A DNA stretch of 64,000 nucleotides from a virus, in the IMG/VR virus record IMGVR_UViG_3300036716_000695, positions 1 to 64,000 of that record, one strand, 5' to 3'. The position numbers and the translations under genes were made by a program. The notes below the pieces were generated by a model. The model saw only the letters and a list, made by a program, of their open reading frames with translations, searched no databases and was not told the DNA's origin. Positions 45,289-55,555 of the stretch are shown piece by piece (position 1 is the stretch's first letter; each line of letters begins with the position of its first letter).

Positions 45289-45705
45289 TTATTGACCAGG
45301 CATGATAATTTTAGAAACTTTTGTTTCTTCAATATCTACAAAAAATTGTTTGTAATCATAAGAAGATGCATTGATTGCAAATATATTAATAAAGTCTTCA
45401 ATGTCTTTTTTATCTGATAAATAAAATTCAGAAAAAGTATCCACTAATCTTCTTTCTTCTTTATGTGTTTTACCTGTTTGCTTATTAGGTGTCTTAAGTC
45501 TCATAGGTTGACCATCATCATCTAACTTAGGAACCATATGATAGGATTGTTTCATCACTTTACTGATGACTGCTAAAATGCCTGACGTAGGGTCAAACAT
45601 AGCTTCTGTATAAGGTGAGTCATTACTGACTGGAATCATTGTAAATGATTTAGCATTTCTAAAACTAGAACTTACTAACATCATATTTTGTCCAATTTTT
45701 GACAT
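45289..45705 (-). CDS. Hypothetical protein
   Basis: 138-aa ORF with its own upstream TATATTTG element. Confidence 0.75.
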   Translation of the reverse strand: MSKIGQNMMLVSSSFRNAKSFTMIPVSNDSPYTEAMFDPTSGILAVISKVMKQSYHMVPKLDDDGQPMRLKTPNKQTGKTHKEERRLVDTFSEFYLSDKKDIEDFINIFAINASSYDYKQFFVDIEETKVSKIIMPGQ

Positions 45706-45717
45706 ATTGATTTTTTT

Positions 45718-46314
45718 TTATTTAGGCAAATATACATTACATTCTTTTAATAAAGAAAGAAATGCACCATTTTTATTAATAACTGTTTCTTTTATCAAGT
45801 CTGGCGGGCTGCATAATTCAAACACATCTTCTAAAAGTTCTACTTCAACATCTAGCTCATCAGCATAAAATTCATGAAATCCTTCTGGTGATAAAAATGC
45901 TTCAACAAAGTCTGAAGATTTAGAATCACTAAAGAAATCTATAATTATTACCTTAGAGTTTAAACTAAATTGAGAATATTTTCCTTTTAGAAATTTGTTA
46001 AAGTCACTTTTATAGCCTGAGAAATCAAAAACAAATAAATGTTTATTATCTCCCAGGTCTATATACTCATCAAATTTAGGATGGTTTCTTATGTATCTTT
46101 TACAGAACTTATCAAATGAATCACACATTTTAACTTTGTATTCACAAAGAAATTTGTAATCATCAAAAGAGTGCACATTATCCATAGCTATATAAGTTTG
46201 CTTTGGAACGTATGCCAATCCTTTCTTTAAATCCAATAAAGGATAAAGAAAGACCCTACTCTTCTGAAAATAATCTGTATACACAATACCCATACTATAA
46301 TCTAACTTTTTCAA
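45718..46314 (-). CDS. Hypothetical protein
   Basis: 198-aa ORF. Start may be MGIVY at 46293. Confidence 0.7.
   Translation of the reverse strand: MKKLDYSMGIVYTDYFQKSRVFLYPLLDLKKGLAYVPKQTYIAMDNVHSFDDYKFLCEYKVKMCDSFDKFCKRYIRNHPKFDEYIDLGDNKHLFVFDFSGYKSDFNKFLKGKYSQFSLNSKVIIIDFFSDSKSSDFVEAFLSPEGFHEFYADELDVEVELLEDVFELCSPPDLIKETVINKNGAFLSLLKECNVYLPK
45727..45734 (-). promoter_or_regulatory. -7 element TATATTTG
   Basis: TAnnTTTG match about 20 nt upstream of the 45705 start. Confidence 0.55.
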
Positions 46315-47293
46315 TTAAGAAATTATAAGGTAAGCTATAATTTCTTTCATTATAATGGTATTCTGCAGCCTTAATTACATTACTAAAAGCTTGCGCCCAT
46401 TTATTAAGTGTAGCATCTGTAACTTCAAAAGTATAAACTTGGTTATATTTATCTATAACAACAAACTTAAACTCAATCTTATACTCATCTACATTATCAA
46501 TTGATTTACTTATATCTTCATAAACAAGTTTACAATAAATAGCAGCTTGAAGCCAGTAGTTATAAAACTCTACTGTATCATTAAAGTCAGCTATTGTTTT
46601 ACCTGTAGTTTTAAGATCACATATAGTTATAAGCTTCTCATCATGATTAACTTTATAGTAATCTATGTAACCATGCAAACCAAAAGGCATTTTAGATAAT
46701 GTACAACTCAGATATTTTTCTGCATGAGTTTCTATTGGGTCTAAATCAAAGTCTGTTGAAACTTCTTCAAATATTGCCATAACATCACTGTTACTTTTAA
46801 TAAACTCTGCCTGCTCTGTACACTTTAATAAAGTATCTTGATCTACAACATCAACGTTTTTGTTAGATAAGAATTCCCAATAAGGTTCAAACTCATCTTT
46901 TATAATCTTAACAATACGTTGCTCATCTGTTTTTAGAGACTGATACAAATTCATTTCTTTGAGTGAATCCAATACTATTTCAGATGGGACATCAAATAAC
47001 TTTTCTGCATCAGTATATAAAGACATGTTCTTTAAAACCTTTCTAACACTATCTGATGGTGCTTTACCAGGTACAATACTAAACTTGTTCTCAACGTTTT
47101 CAGGTTCAAACACCAAACAATGTACAAGCTTGCCTTCTACTAAATGTTTATCTGTTCTAACCTCACGGTCATTTAAAATATAGTCCTTATAAAATAAGGA
47201 TGGTGAAAATAAAAGTTTATTTAAAGAAGAGTAGCTAAACTTAAATTTATCATTTGAGTAAAACTGCTCTTCTTTTTCAATGTTTCTATTCAT
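46295..47293 (-). CDS. PD-(D/E)xK exonuclease (RecB/RecE/Cas4-like)
   Basis: FSYSSL, GKLVH, HGYID, ICDLKTT and YWLQAAIY motifs. Confidence 0.85.
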   Translation of the reverse strand: MNRNIEKEEQFYSNDKFKFSYSSLNKLLFSPSLFYKDYILNDREVRTDKHLVEGKLVHCLVFEPENVENKFSIVPGKAPSDSVRKVLKNMSLYTDAEKLFDVPSEIVLDSLKEMNLYQSLKTDEQRIVKIIKDEFEPYWEFLSNKNVDVVDQDTLLKCTEQAEFIKSNSDVMAIFEEVSTDFDLDPIETHAEKYLSCTLSKMPFGLHGYIDYYKVNHDEKLITICDLKTTGKTIADFNDTVEFYNYWLQAAIYCKLVYEDISKSIDNVDEYKIEFKFVVIDKYNQVYTFEVTDATLNKWAQAFSNVIKAAEYHYNERNYSLPYNFLIEKVRL

Positions 47294-48452
47294 TAATTGA
47301 GTTATTATATTTTTCCTTTAATACAAGATGTTCTAAATCAACTTTAAATACTTCAGCTCCTGGTCCTACCATTGCATTTAAGCATTTATTGAGAAATAAA
47401 GATCTGGTATTGTCAACAGCAAATTTAGTTAATTTTCTATCTTCTGTCAAAGCCATGATGTATCTATTATAAGAATAAACATTATTAGTATCATGACCAC
47501 CTTCATATGATTTTAACCGTGACCTCATAGCTTTTACATTTACTGTATTCCAATTATTAGTAGCTTTCATCCAATCATAGTGCCACCAATACAAACTAGA
47601 TACTACATTAAATGATTTTTCTATATTAGAATTAGCTAGCATTTCAAGAGCCAATGTTCTATTTTCTATATCATTACTTGTAATCATCTGTTCTATGGTA
47701 CCGTATTGATCATCTTCAATAATTGCTAAATCTTCATCAATTATTTCAGTTATTGCAGTATCAAATACAACAGTAGCTACAGAATTAACAACTCTATCAT
47801 AATCTTTAACTTTACCTTTTTCAATCATAACTACTCTAGATCCTAGATTTGCTGCTTCATGAAAAGGTTCTGTAATCTTAAGAAATTGGTCTCTCCATAA
47901 CTGAACATTATTACTACTATTATAGTAGTGTTGATTAAAAGCAACAATAGAGTTTTGATCCATTCCAGATAGTTTTTCTCTAAGCTGATTAAGAGCTCCA
48001 TCAGTAAACATACCTTTCTCTTTTGCTATAATACAAACTCTAACGAAGTCTCTGTAATCTAAAAATTTATTACTATACCAATTGTATGTGAATAAAGATT
48101 CTAAAAACTTATATGACACTACATGTATGTCTGCCTTATCACTATTCCTAGTAATTTTACAATCAAACCTTTCCTTTAACAAATCAAACTTTTGTCTTGG
48201 TAAGTTTAATTTAGGATATCTATAAATCTTTACATCTTGTAAGCTAATAACAGATGGTTGCTGTTTACCAGTAACTATGTTATGTAACCCAAAATTTGCA
48301 AGATCATCACCTGATAAATGATAGTTATCACTACTACCAACATACAGTTCATCTGTTAGTTCTATATCAAATGCTCCAGATGTTAGTTCAACGTTTTTGT
48401 TGACTGTAACATCATCTCTCTTTAAATTAAAATTATATATTTTTTTAGTCAT
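47286..48452 (-). CDS. MoxR-associated protein, BRCT-like segment (paralog of the next gene)
   Basis: KIYRYPKLNLPRQKF...KITRNSDKADIHVV resembles the matching segment of 48445-49482. Confidence 0.5.
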   Translation of the reverse strand: MTKKIYNFNLKRDDVTVNKNVELTSGAFDIELTDELYVGSSDNYHLSGDDLANFGLHNIVTGKQQPSVISLQDVKIYRYPKLNLPRQKFDLLKERFDCKITRNSDKADIHVVSYKFLESLFTYNWYSNKFLDYRDFVRVCIIAKEKGMFTDGALNQLREKLSGMDQNSIVAFNQHYYNSSNNVQLWRDQFLKITEPFHEAANLGSRVVMIEKGKVKDYDRVVNSVATVVFDTAITEIIDEDLAIIEDDQYGTIEQMITSNDIENRTLALEMLANSNIEKSFNVVSSLYWWHYDWMKATNNWNTVNVKAMRSRLKSYEGGHDTNNVYSYNRYIMALTEDRKLTKFAVDNTRSLFLNKCLNAMVGPGAEVFKVDLEHLVLKEKYNNSINE

Positions 48453-49482
48453 TTTTTAAATATTTTTGATATTCTTTTTTTACAGCTACTTTAAAAGTAT
48501 AAAGATCCCTGTTATGAATGCTTATTTCTTTTCTTACTATAGGTTCTAAATATCTGAAACTTGTTTTACATAACAATTCTCTCTCTTCTAACCAAAGTAT
48601 CATGTCCTGAGCACTCTTTCTTTCAAAATCAAGAAATCCAGATTCTTTTAACCAATACTGTAGATCTTTATCTCTGTTATCTGCATATGTTATACTACTA
48701 CAGTCTTGTGAAAATTGCCATAATAAATGATAATTTTTTTTATAATCTATAGTAGGAACAATTTTAAGAGCTAAGGCCTTATCATCACCATAAGCCTTTA
48801 ATTGCGCTTTTAAATCATTAAACAGACCTTCATCAAGAGTCATTTTAGTAGCAGATGCATGTAACACAGTCTCAGGATCAATAACACTAACATGTGTGGT
48901 ATCAATTATATGAGCCAAGTTTATAGCCATACCAGTAAGCATCCAGGTATCATATAGACTATCATTTATATCTATATCATAATATCTTACATTGTCTGTA
49001 ATCTTAGGTGTAATAATACATTCTAAACCAGAATCTGAGACTTTTTTTAGGACACCTGTTTTTGTTGCATCTCCCATTGTAGTTTCATAATTCCATATCT
49101 TATTCATCATTATAGTAGACGGGATATTTTCCGCATTCTGTAATGTATGAGTAGAAATATCCTCATGCCCAATTATAAGATCTGCTAATTCATAATCATT
49201 TGTAACAGTTATACCGTGCTCTTTAAGAGCAGCCTTTAATCTATCTTGTGATACATTACACTTAGGTAGTATAAAAGCTTTCTTTTTGGTTCTAAAAGTT
49301 TGGTCATCTTCTGTGGGGACCGTTAATATACTGTGTATTTTTTCATATGTTGTTTGATCTTGAGTACATAATACTTTATTACAGTCTGTATTAGAGAGGA
49401 CACCATAAACGGTGTCACTCTCCAATGCAAAGTAATTTAAAGCATCAGTATCAAAATCTTGATATACTGATTTATTTGCCAT
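48445..49482 (-). CDS. MoxR-associated protein, BRCT-like segment
   Basis: KAFILPKCNVSQDRL...GITVTNDYELADLIIG. Confidence 0.5.
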   Translation of the reverse strand: MANKSVYQDFDTDALNYFALESDTVYGVLSNTDCNKVLCTQDQTTYEKIHSILTVPTEDDQTFRTKKKAFILPKCNVSQDRLKAALKEHGITVTNDYELADLIIGHEDISTHTLQNAENIPSTIMMNKIWNYETTMGDATKTGVLKKVSDSGLECIITPKITDNVRYYDIDINDSLYDTWMLTGMAINLAHIIDTTHVSVIDPETVLHASATKMTLDEGLFNDLKAQLKAYGDDKALALKIVPTIDYKKNYHLLWQFSQDCSSITYADNRDKDLQYWLKESGFLDFERKSAQDMILWLEERELLCKTSFRYLEPIVRKEISIHNRDLYTFKVAVKKEYQKYLKND

Positions 49483-49483
49483 T

Positions 49484-50752
49484 TTATTTCATTGTCATTT
49501 TAACAATCTCAGGGATCATCATTAATTTATTGAACTTTTGTTTATTACCACTAAATATTGATCTTACAATCAAATATTTTAAGTCATTAGTAAAATAGTC
49601 TTCAGTACATAGTGTCTTTAGTCTATCTGTATTCTTTTGACTTACGGTATTTTCTTTAGAATACACAACAGCATAATTTGCTAAACGTGTAGCTAATGTA
49701 GATGCTATATCAGCACGGTAATTATCATCCTTACCAATACAACTTCTAAGTTCACCTAAAATATATTGCTGATTATCATGTGTCAACAAATCTTTTGGTG
49801 TTACAAGCTTATCAAGTTTATTATTAATGAAGGTTGTGAACATTGATGCAAAAGCATCACCTACACTACCCTCACCAATCATTTGAATCATGCTGAGGTT
49901 ATCTTCAAAATTATCAAAACTTGATATAGCATTAAAGAATGTAGTAATAGATCTTGCATTTGTTTCTTGAGTTACTAACTCAGGATTCAATAACAAAAAG
50001 TTAATACATCTAGAATCTACACCTGCTTCTTCTGCCCATTGAGCCCATACATTAACATCAAACTTAAGATTTGCGGTTACATATCTAGTCTTCTGTGCAC
50101 TATCTACACTGTTAACCATATAATCTCCGTTATCCGGGTTAGCTGTTAATATAATATGCCAATCCTGTGGTAGTGTCCATGAAATATAAGACTGTCTGTC
50201 AATCAATTCCATACAAGCTTGAATAAAACGTACATCAGCACGGTTCCAGTCATCTAGTAATAAGATACCACCTGATTTTTTATCAGCAATCCACTCTGGT
50301 GGACAATAAGACATTCTGTTCTTACCAGTCATTTTGTATCCATTTTTTAGATACTCTTGTACAGCAAGTTCATCAACCCATAAACCAACTTTTTTGGTTT
50401 TTGCTTGAGGCATCTTTGCCAGAGATGATGATGCAGCAGCTCTTTGTGCAGCAGTATAAGATATGTCATTTTTATTTTCTGAAACTTTTGTCTCTTTATA
50501 CATTTGGAATTGTCTAACTGGGAAACCTACTAAGTCACCTAGCTCTTCTATCTGTGCTAAGTTTAACTTAACAAAGTTTAAATCATTCTCTTTAGCTAGT
50601 TCAACAATGGTTGACGTTTTACCAATACCTGATTCACCAACAACCTCAACAGATACAGATTGCTTACCTTCTTTTTGTAAGAATCTGTTGTTTGTGATTA
50701 TGTGGTTTACAAATCCTTTTAGTTCTGTAGCATTTAAATTTACTTGACCCAT
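49484..50752 (-). CDS. MoxR-like AAA+ ATPase
   Basis: GESGIGKT, LAQIEELGDLVGFP, LLLDDWNRA, TANP and DSAQKTR motifs. Confidence 0.88.
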   Translation of the reverse strand: MGQVNLNATELKGFVNHIITNNRFLQKEGKQSVSVEVVGESGIGKTSTIVELAKENDLNFVKLNLAQIEELGDLVGFPVRQFQMYKETKVSENKNDISYTAAQRAAASSSLAKMPQAKTKKVGLWVDELAVQEYLKNGYKMTGKNRMSYCPPEWIADKKSGGILLLDDWNRADVRFIQACMELIDRQSYISWTLPQDWHIILTANPDNGDYMVNSVDSAQKTRYVTANLKFDVNVWAQWAEEAGVDSRCINFLLLNPELVTQETNARSITTFFNAISSFDNFEDNLSMIQMIGEGSVGDAFASMFTTFINNKLDKLVTPKDLLTHDNQQYILGELRSCIGKDDNYRADIASTLATRLANYAVVYSKENTVSQKNTDRLKTLCTEDYFTNDLKYLIVRSIFSGNKQKFNKLMMIPEIVKMTMK

Positions 50753-50767
50753 TTTTACTTTTTTAAT

Positions 50768-51931
50768 TTAATTTAGTTTTATCTTTTGTCCTGGTAATTC
50801 ATCATTTATCTCTGATATACTGCTATGTACCCATAGGGTATTTTTTGGACAGTCATCAGGAGAATATGCTTCACCGTCTGTTAAATATATAAGAGCTGTA
50901 TAAACTCCTTTCTTTTCATTATAGTGATCAATTACTGGTTGGAAGCTTGTTCCACCACGACCATGTATTTCCCAATCTTTTTTAGGATTGAATTCTTTTA
51001 CACTTTTAAGCTGTGTATCACACTGTGCAACTGTAATCTTATGACCAGTTTTATGCATATGTGCTAACTCAGAGAAGAATTCTTTTAGTTCTTCTGTATT
51101 TACAGATCCTGATGTATCAACACCAACAAGTATGTGATTCTTAAACTTTATCTTTAAACCTGGATTCTCAGAATAACGTTTATTATACTTACGTCTCATT
51201 TTTCTAGTGTAAACTATACTTGAATTACCAACAAACCTTCTTAAGTAAGCTTTCCAATTAAACTTTGCAGGTTCAACATGCATTAACTTGTGAATTAGTT
51301 CTGCTAACTCTCCTGGCACACTACCTTGCTTTTTAAGAGTTTCTTGTGTTGCTTCCTTAAGCTGATGATCAACCTGTTTTTGTACAAGCTTTTTATCTGC
51401 TTCAGATAAATCATCAAATTCATTCCATGTACCATGACAATATTGTGATTCACCATTCATTTCATCCATTAGATTATCTAATGAAGGAGAACTCCCATCT
51501 TGCTGCGCTTGTTCCAAAAGTTTATAATATTCTTTTGTTCCTGCTTTAGTAGGAAGATTTAATTCAGGAAAACTTGAGAGTAATAAACCACCTTCAGGTA
51601 ATTTACTTTCCAGTATGTACTGGTTGATCTCTAAATCAGCAGCTATGTTAAATAACTTATGATTAGAATATAGATCTCTCATTACTAAGTGCCCAAATGC
51701 AATGTGTAATAGCTCATGCTTTACCAAACCATACCTATGATCTTCACTTAAGTTTAAGTAAAAATCAGGATTGATTGTTAACTGCATGCCAATACCGTGT
51801 TTACTAACACCTGCTGTAGGTATTTTATCACTGTATTGTTTATTTATACCAATTAAAAAAAGCCCGTAAAAGGGCTCTTCAAATATTAAACTTTTAGTTG
51901 TCCGTGCAACTATATCTTGTATGTTCATCAT
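50768..51931 (-). CDS. Metallopeptidase-vWA domain protein (DUF2201-like)
   Basis: HELLH (HExxH), NIAADLEIN, MIDAS DTSGS, GRGGTSF and YLTDG. Confidence 0.88.
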   Translation of the reverse strand: MMNIQDIVARTTKSLIFEEPFYGLFLIGINKQYSDKIPTAGVSKHGIGMQLTINPDFYLNLSEDHRYGLVKHELLHIAFGHLVMRDLYSNHKLFNIAADLEINQYILESKLPEGGLLLSSFPELNLPTKAGTKEYYKLLEQAQQDGSSPSLDNLMDEMNGESQYCHGTWNEFDDLSEADKKLVQKQVDHQLKEATQETLKKQGSVPGELAELIHKLMHVEPAKFNWKAYLRRFVGNSSIVYTRKMRRKYNKRYSENPGLKIKFKNHILVGVDTSGSVNTEELKEFFSELAHMHKTGHKITVAQCDTQLKSVKEFNPKKDWEIHGRGGTSFQPVIDHYNEKKGVYTALIYLTDGEAYSPDDCPKNTLWVHSSISEINDELPGQKIKLN

Positions 51932-51933
51932 AT

Positions 51934-52224
51934 CTATATAATTTTATCTAATATTTTTTTATAAGTTTCTTCATTATATGTACCACCAATATCAATAAGT
52001 ATACATTTTATTGTAAGAGAACCTAAAGAATATTTAATGTTTCTACTTTTCAAAAACAATTTTCTTGCATCATAATGCAAAGCTTTAGCAAATAGCTTAT
52101 CAGTTATATATTTATCTTGTAACTCTAAACTATTATAACAATGCATTCCTAAATCAAAATCAACAGGTAGGCCATTAAGTAATCTTAAAATATTAAAGAA
52201 ATCACTTTTCTTTATTACATTCAT
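51934..52224 (-). CDS. Hypothetical protein
   Basis: 96-aa ORF coupled to neighbouring genes. Confidence 0.55.
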   Translation of the reverse strand: MNVIKKSDFFNILRLLNGLPVDFDLGMHCYNSLELQDKYITDKLFAKALHYDARKLFLKSRNIKYSLGSLTIKCILIDIGGTYNEETYKKILDKII

Positions 52225-52600
52225 CAGTTAATATTTCTATCCATACTCCAGGATTCTGTTTATCATATGTATATTGAATAAATACAGGAAGAATAAACTC
52301 TGCATTATCATCCTCAATCCAACCCGCTTTAACCATATCATCTTGAACTGTTTGTGCAGGATTGATGTAATCAAATTTATGTTTGGTACCCCTTACAAAT
52401 GTAAAAGATATCTTAGCCGGCAAAGTACATTTAGATAATTCTGCTTTAAACTCTTCAGCATACTTTTCATAGTATTCTTTAGTAAGCTTTCTATAGTTAA
52501 CTACTGTCTTACTAGCTATAAAGTATTTACCCGTCCATCTTCTTCCATTTTTACTGGAAGGTACGGAACCTGGTATCCACCATTTTTTTGGTTTTTTCAT
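52202..52600 (-). CDS. RusA-like Holliday junction resolvase
   Basis: IPGSVPSSKN...FDYIN....QDDM...GWIEDDN pattern. Confidence 0.75.
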   Translation of the reverse strand: MKKPKKWWIPGSVPSSKNGRRWTGKYFIASKTVVNYRKLTKEYYEKYAEEFKAELSKCTLPAKISFTFVRGTKHKFDYINPAQTVQDDMVKAGWIEDDNAEFILPVFIQYTYDKQNPGVWIEILTDECNKEK

Positions 52601-52601
52601 A

Positions 52602-53576
52602 TTATTTATTAAGTGTTTGCTTTAGTAATGGTTTTAATGCTTCATGTAACTTATCAAAGCCATGTTTTTCCATAGCATCTGATATGTCTTTGCATATAGT
52701 TAAGTAACATCCTTGAATATTATATGCATTTGCATATCTTTCAATTGCTTTAAAACCTGCTTCATCATTATCAAACAATGTAATAACCTTTTTATACTTT
52801 TTTTTAAAGTTTTGTATAATGTGAGGTTTAATTATAGTATTCTCTGAGTCTGGTGCTACAACTTCAACGTTATAACCCATACTTTTTAAACACATTGCAT
52901 CTTTTAATGATGAACATATTACTAAATAAGGTTTCTCATATTTCAATTGATCTAGTCCCTGAAGATAAGTATTAACTTTATGAAATCTATGTTTACTCTT
53001 GGGTTGATATATTTTATATACTTCTCCATGTTTATTAAAGTAACCATAAATTCTTGGTGCCTGTATTTTCAATGTATTAATGTGGCCATCTTCTTGCTTT
53101 ATGAGATTATAATACTCAATTGGCTTGACATTATACAAATCCAACATAGACATACCTATCCTATAGGATAACCAGTAATCTGCATCTAATTGATTCCAAG
53201 GTCTGTGTTTTATAAAATCCACTTCCCATTTAGATACAGGTTTAAATTCAATTTTAGCTTTACCATTCTGCTTGACATATATATTATAGTCAGATATAAT
53301 TTTCATTACAGCTTTAGTATAACCAATATTAAACATAAGTTTTACTAAGTCAACTTTATTACCATTATTACCAGTTGAGAAGTCTTTAAATTTATATTGA
53401 CTTATTCTTGGGTCAACATAAACACAAAAGCTTGGTGTTTTCTCATTAGGATTAAATACTGAATGTATTTTTATATCCTGTCCTGTTAAGGTTTCTGATA
53501 AATTTAAATAATATTGAAACACCCAATAACTTGGTATATCATCTATTTCTAATACTAAATTTTTAGTGTTAAACAT
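52602..53576 (-). CDS. DNA primase (TOPRIM)
   Basis: N-terminal EKTPSF...FKDFSTG, TOPRIM SSLKD / LFDNDEAG / KDISD. Start taken at MFNTKN. Confidence 0.85.
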   Translation of the reverse strand: MFNTKNLVLEIDDIPSYWVFQYYLNLSETLTGQDIKIHSVFNPNEKTPSFCVYVDPRISQYKFKDFSTGNNGNKVDLVKLMFNIGYTKAVMKIISDYNIYVKQNGKAKIEFKPVSKWEVDFIKHRPWNQLDADYWLSYRIGMSMLDLYNVKPIEYYNLIKQEDGHINTLKIQAPRIYGYFNKHGEVYKIYQPKSKHRFHKVNTYLQGLDQLKYEKPYLVICSSLKDAMCLKSMGYNVEVVAPDSENTIIKPHIIQNFKKKYKKVITLFDNDEAGFKAIERYANAYNIQGCYLTICKDISDAMEKHGFDKLHEALKPLLKQTLNK

Positions 53577-53589
53577 ATTAATCAAATTG

Positions 53590-53618
53590 AAAAAAAAAGG
53601 GGGCATTACACCCCCTCT
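53590..53618 (-). terminator. Intrinsic terminator between the SSB-like gene and primase
   Basis: AGAGGGGGTGTAATGCCCCC followed by T9 on the minus strand. Confidence 0.8.
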
Positions 53619-53638
53619 AATTTTAGGTTAATTTCTGA

Positions 53639-54313
53639 CTACAGATCAAAGTCACTTGCTGATGAAGTTGTTGGCTCAAAGCTTGTTGTTGCTGGAGCAT
53701 CTGTTTTAACAACTTTTCTTAAGTGAAGAGGATTGTTAGAATCAAATGTAATTAATTTAGATGACTCTACATCAAGTGCTTCTATTGGCACATTACCTTT
53801 ACTCATTTTTGGTAGAAACAAATCATTGTTAATATAACCTTCTTTGTTTTCCCATTCACGTGCTGCAAGGCATACGTTTACAAAACCTGAATTAGAAAAG
53901 ATACCATTACATGCACTCATGAATTCTTCAATTGTGTTTGCACTAATCTTATCTAGATCCGCTCTTTTGTTTAGAGTTTCAGCTAAAAATACCATAGCTT
54001 TCATAACTTCATTGTCACGGCTAATCTCATTACCATTAGGAAGAATAGTATCTTTATATGCATAAGGGCTAAACCTTACTCTACCTACTTGACCTGAATA
54101 ACGTGGTCCATTAGGATTATTTTGATCTACTAAAAATCCTTGAAATTCACCTGTTACAGGCTCACTTTCTACATGCAATGTAATGTTATATGCATTTGCA
54201 TCATATGGTGTTTGATCAAAAGTAACAGAGTTAATCTTTACTTTTTGGTTACCTGTTCCAATAACTGGTTTTTCTTTGCCTGATCCGGCTGTCATTCCTT
54301 GTGTGTTAAACAT
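53639..54313 (-). CDS. Putative ssDNA-binding protein
   Basis: Located between an AAA_24 ATPase and the primase. Beta-rich, with a flexible tail ending SDFDL. Confidence 0.55.
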   Translation of the reverse strand: MFNTQGMTAGSGKEKPVIGTGNQKVKINSVTFDQTPYDANAYNITLHVESEPVTGEFQGFLVDQNNPNGPRYSGQVGRVRFSPYAYKDTILPNGNEISRDNEVMKAMVFLAETLNKRADLDKISANTIEEFMSACNGIFSNSGFVNVCLAAREWENKEGYINNDLFLPKMSKGNVPIEALDVESSKLITFDSNNPLHLRKVVKTDAPATTSFEPTTSSASDFDL

Positions 54314-54348
54314 AATTTTTACTTTTTAATTATTGATTTTTAAATAAA

Positions 54349-55032
54349 TTACTCTTCATATTTTTTAATGCAGTCTTTTACATACTGCAGGTTGTTTGGG
54401 ATGAAGAAGTCTTCAAACATACCTTGTGGTGATTTACATGTGTTCTCTCCATTGTTTTGAGTTTCAAAACCATATTCAAGTTCACCATCATCATTTTTAT
54501 TTACCTTTCCAAATAGAACTATAGAAAACAGACCTTCCAAAGTTAGTGTGTTATCTATCATTTTACCAATGGTTTTTGCTTTAATTTTTCTATTACCATT
54601 GATATCAGTTGAATCTTCAGAATGAGTTAAAAATATTACAGTTAAGTCATCCCTTAGATCTTTAGGCATTTTAGCTACTGTAGCTAAGTTTGCTGCAATC
54701 TGGGTAAACTTATCATAACCTTTCTCATTAGCTCTATCAAAGTATTCAAAAGAACTCATATACTGCCAATCATCAATAACTAATGTTTTGATCTTTGGCA
54801 TTTTTTGATCTACATGTGTAATTGCCTTCATTATTCCAGCTGCTGATGAAGAAGAAGCCAAATTACCTTTTGGATTTTCTTTATTGATTGCTGTATAATT
54901 AGATTTCCAACCTTTAAAAGGTAGTGGTTTGTTTGCAATGTTAATTATAAATGTTTCATCAGGATCTAAGTGTCTAATTGATGTTGATTTACCTGTACCT
55001 GAATCTGCTATTATTAATATGCTGTTTGCCAT
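54349..55032 (-). CDS. AAA_24 / Sak4-like P-loop ATPase
   Basis: ADSGTGKST, KPLPF, VIDDWQY, KTIGKMID and CKSPQGMF motifs. Confidence 0.85.
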   Translation of the reverse strand: MANSILIIADSGTGKSTSIRHLDPDETFIINIANKPLPFKGWKSNYTAINKENPKGNLASSSSAAGIMKAITHVDQKMPKIKTLVIDDWQYMSSFEYFDRANEKGYDKFTQIAANLATVAKMPKDLRDDLTVIFLTHSEDSTDINGNRKIKAKTIGKMIDNTLTLEGLFSIVLFGKVNKNDDGELEYGFETQNNGENTCKSPQGMFEDFFIPNNLQYVKDCIKKYEE

Positions 55033-55035
55033 TAT

Positions 55036-55536
55036 TTATTTTTTTAATATTTTAATTAATTGTTGAAGTGAATTGTTTATCTCATTTAGTTTACCTGCTA
55101 TTAGATTTTCATCATTGTTAGATGGTTTATCATCCGGGTTAGGTAACTCTGCAAAGTCTAGATCTAATTTACCTCTACTTGTTACATCATTAATAACCTT
55201 AAGTTCACTTGCAGGAACTAAATGTCTTTGGAAACCTGAGTTACTTGTAATCATCTCATACTCTTCTCTCCAGTGTGGATTAAATTTCAGAAGGTACAAA
55301 GTTCTCTTAGGATCTTCTGAGTCATAGTTTATACTTACAAACTCTGTATAAATGTCTTGACTCTTTTCCATCTCACTAGGAAAGAAACTTACATGTAAGT
55401 CATCTTTACCTGGTGGTCTATATGCCATCTTAGGTATAAACAGTGCATTTAAATTACCAATAGTTTGAAAGTAATCTTCATGCTCTTCTTTTAATTTATT
55501 TACTTTTTGTTTACGTTGTTCTGGTGTTATTCCCAT
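55036..55536 (-). CDS. Hypothetical protein
   Basis: Likely start MGITPEQ at 55536. Confidence 0.7.
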   Translation of the reverse strand: MGITPEQRKQKVNKLKEEHEDYFQTIGNLNALFIPKMAYRPPGKDDLHVSFFPSEMEKSQDIYTEFVSINYDSEDPKRTLYLLKFNPHWREEYEMITSNSGFQRHLVPASELKVINDVTSRGKLDLDFAELPNPDDKPSNNDENLIAGKLNEINNSLQQLIKILKK

Positions 55537-55555
55537 TTTTTTACTTTTTAATTTG

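Noticed and set aside
46295-47293. Cas4 / CRISPR-associated gene
   Set aside because: A generic PD-(D/E)xK nuclease without the Cas4 Fe-S cysteine set, and no array or other cas genes nearby.
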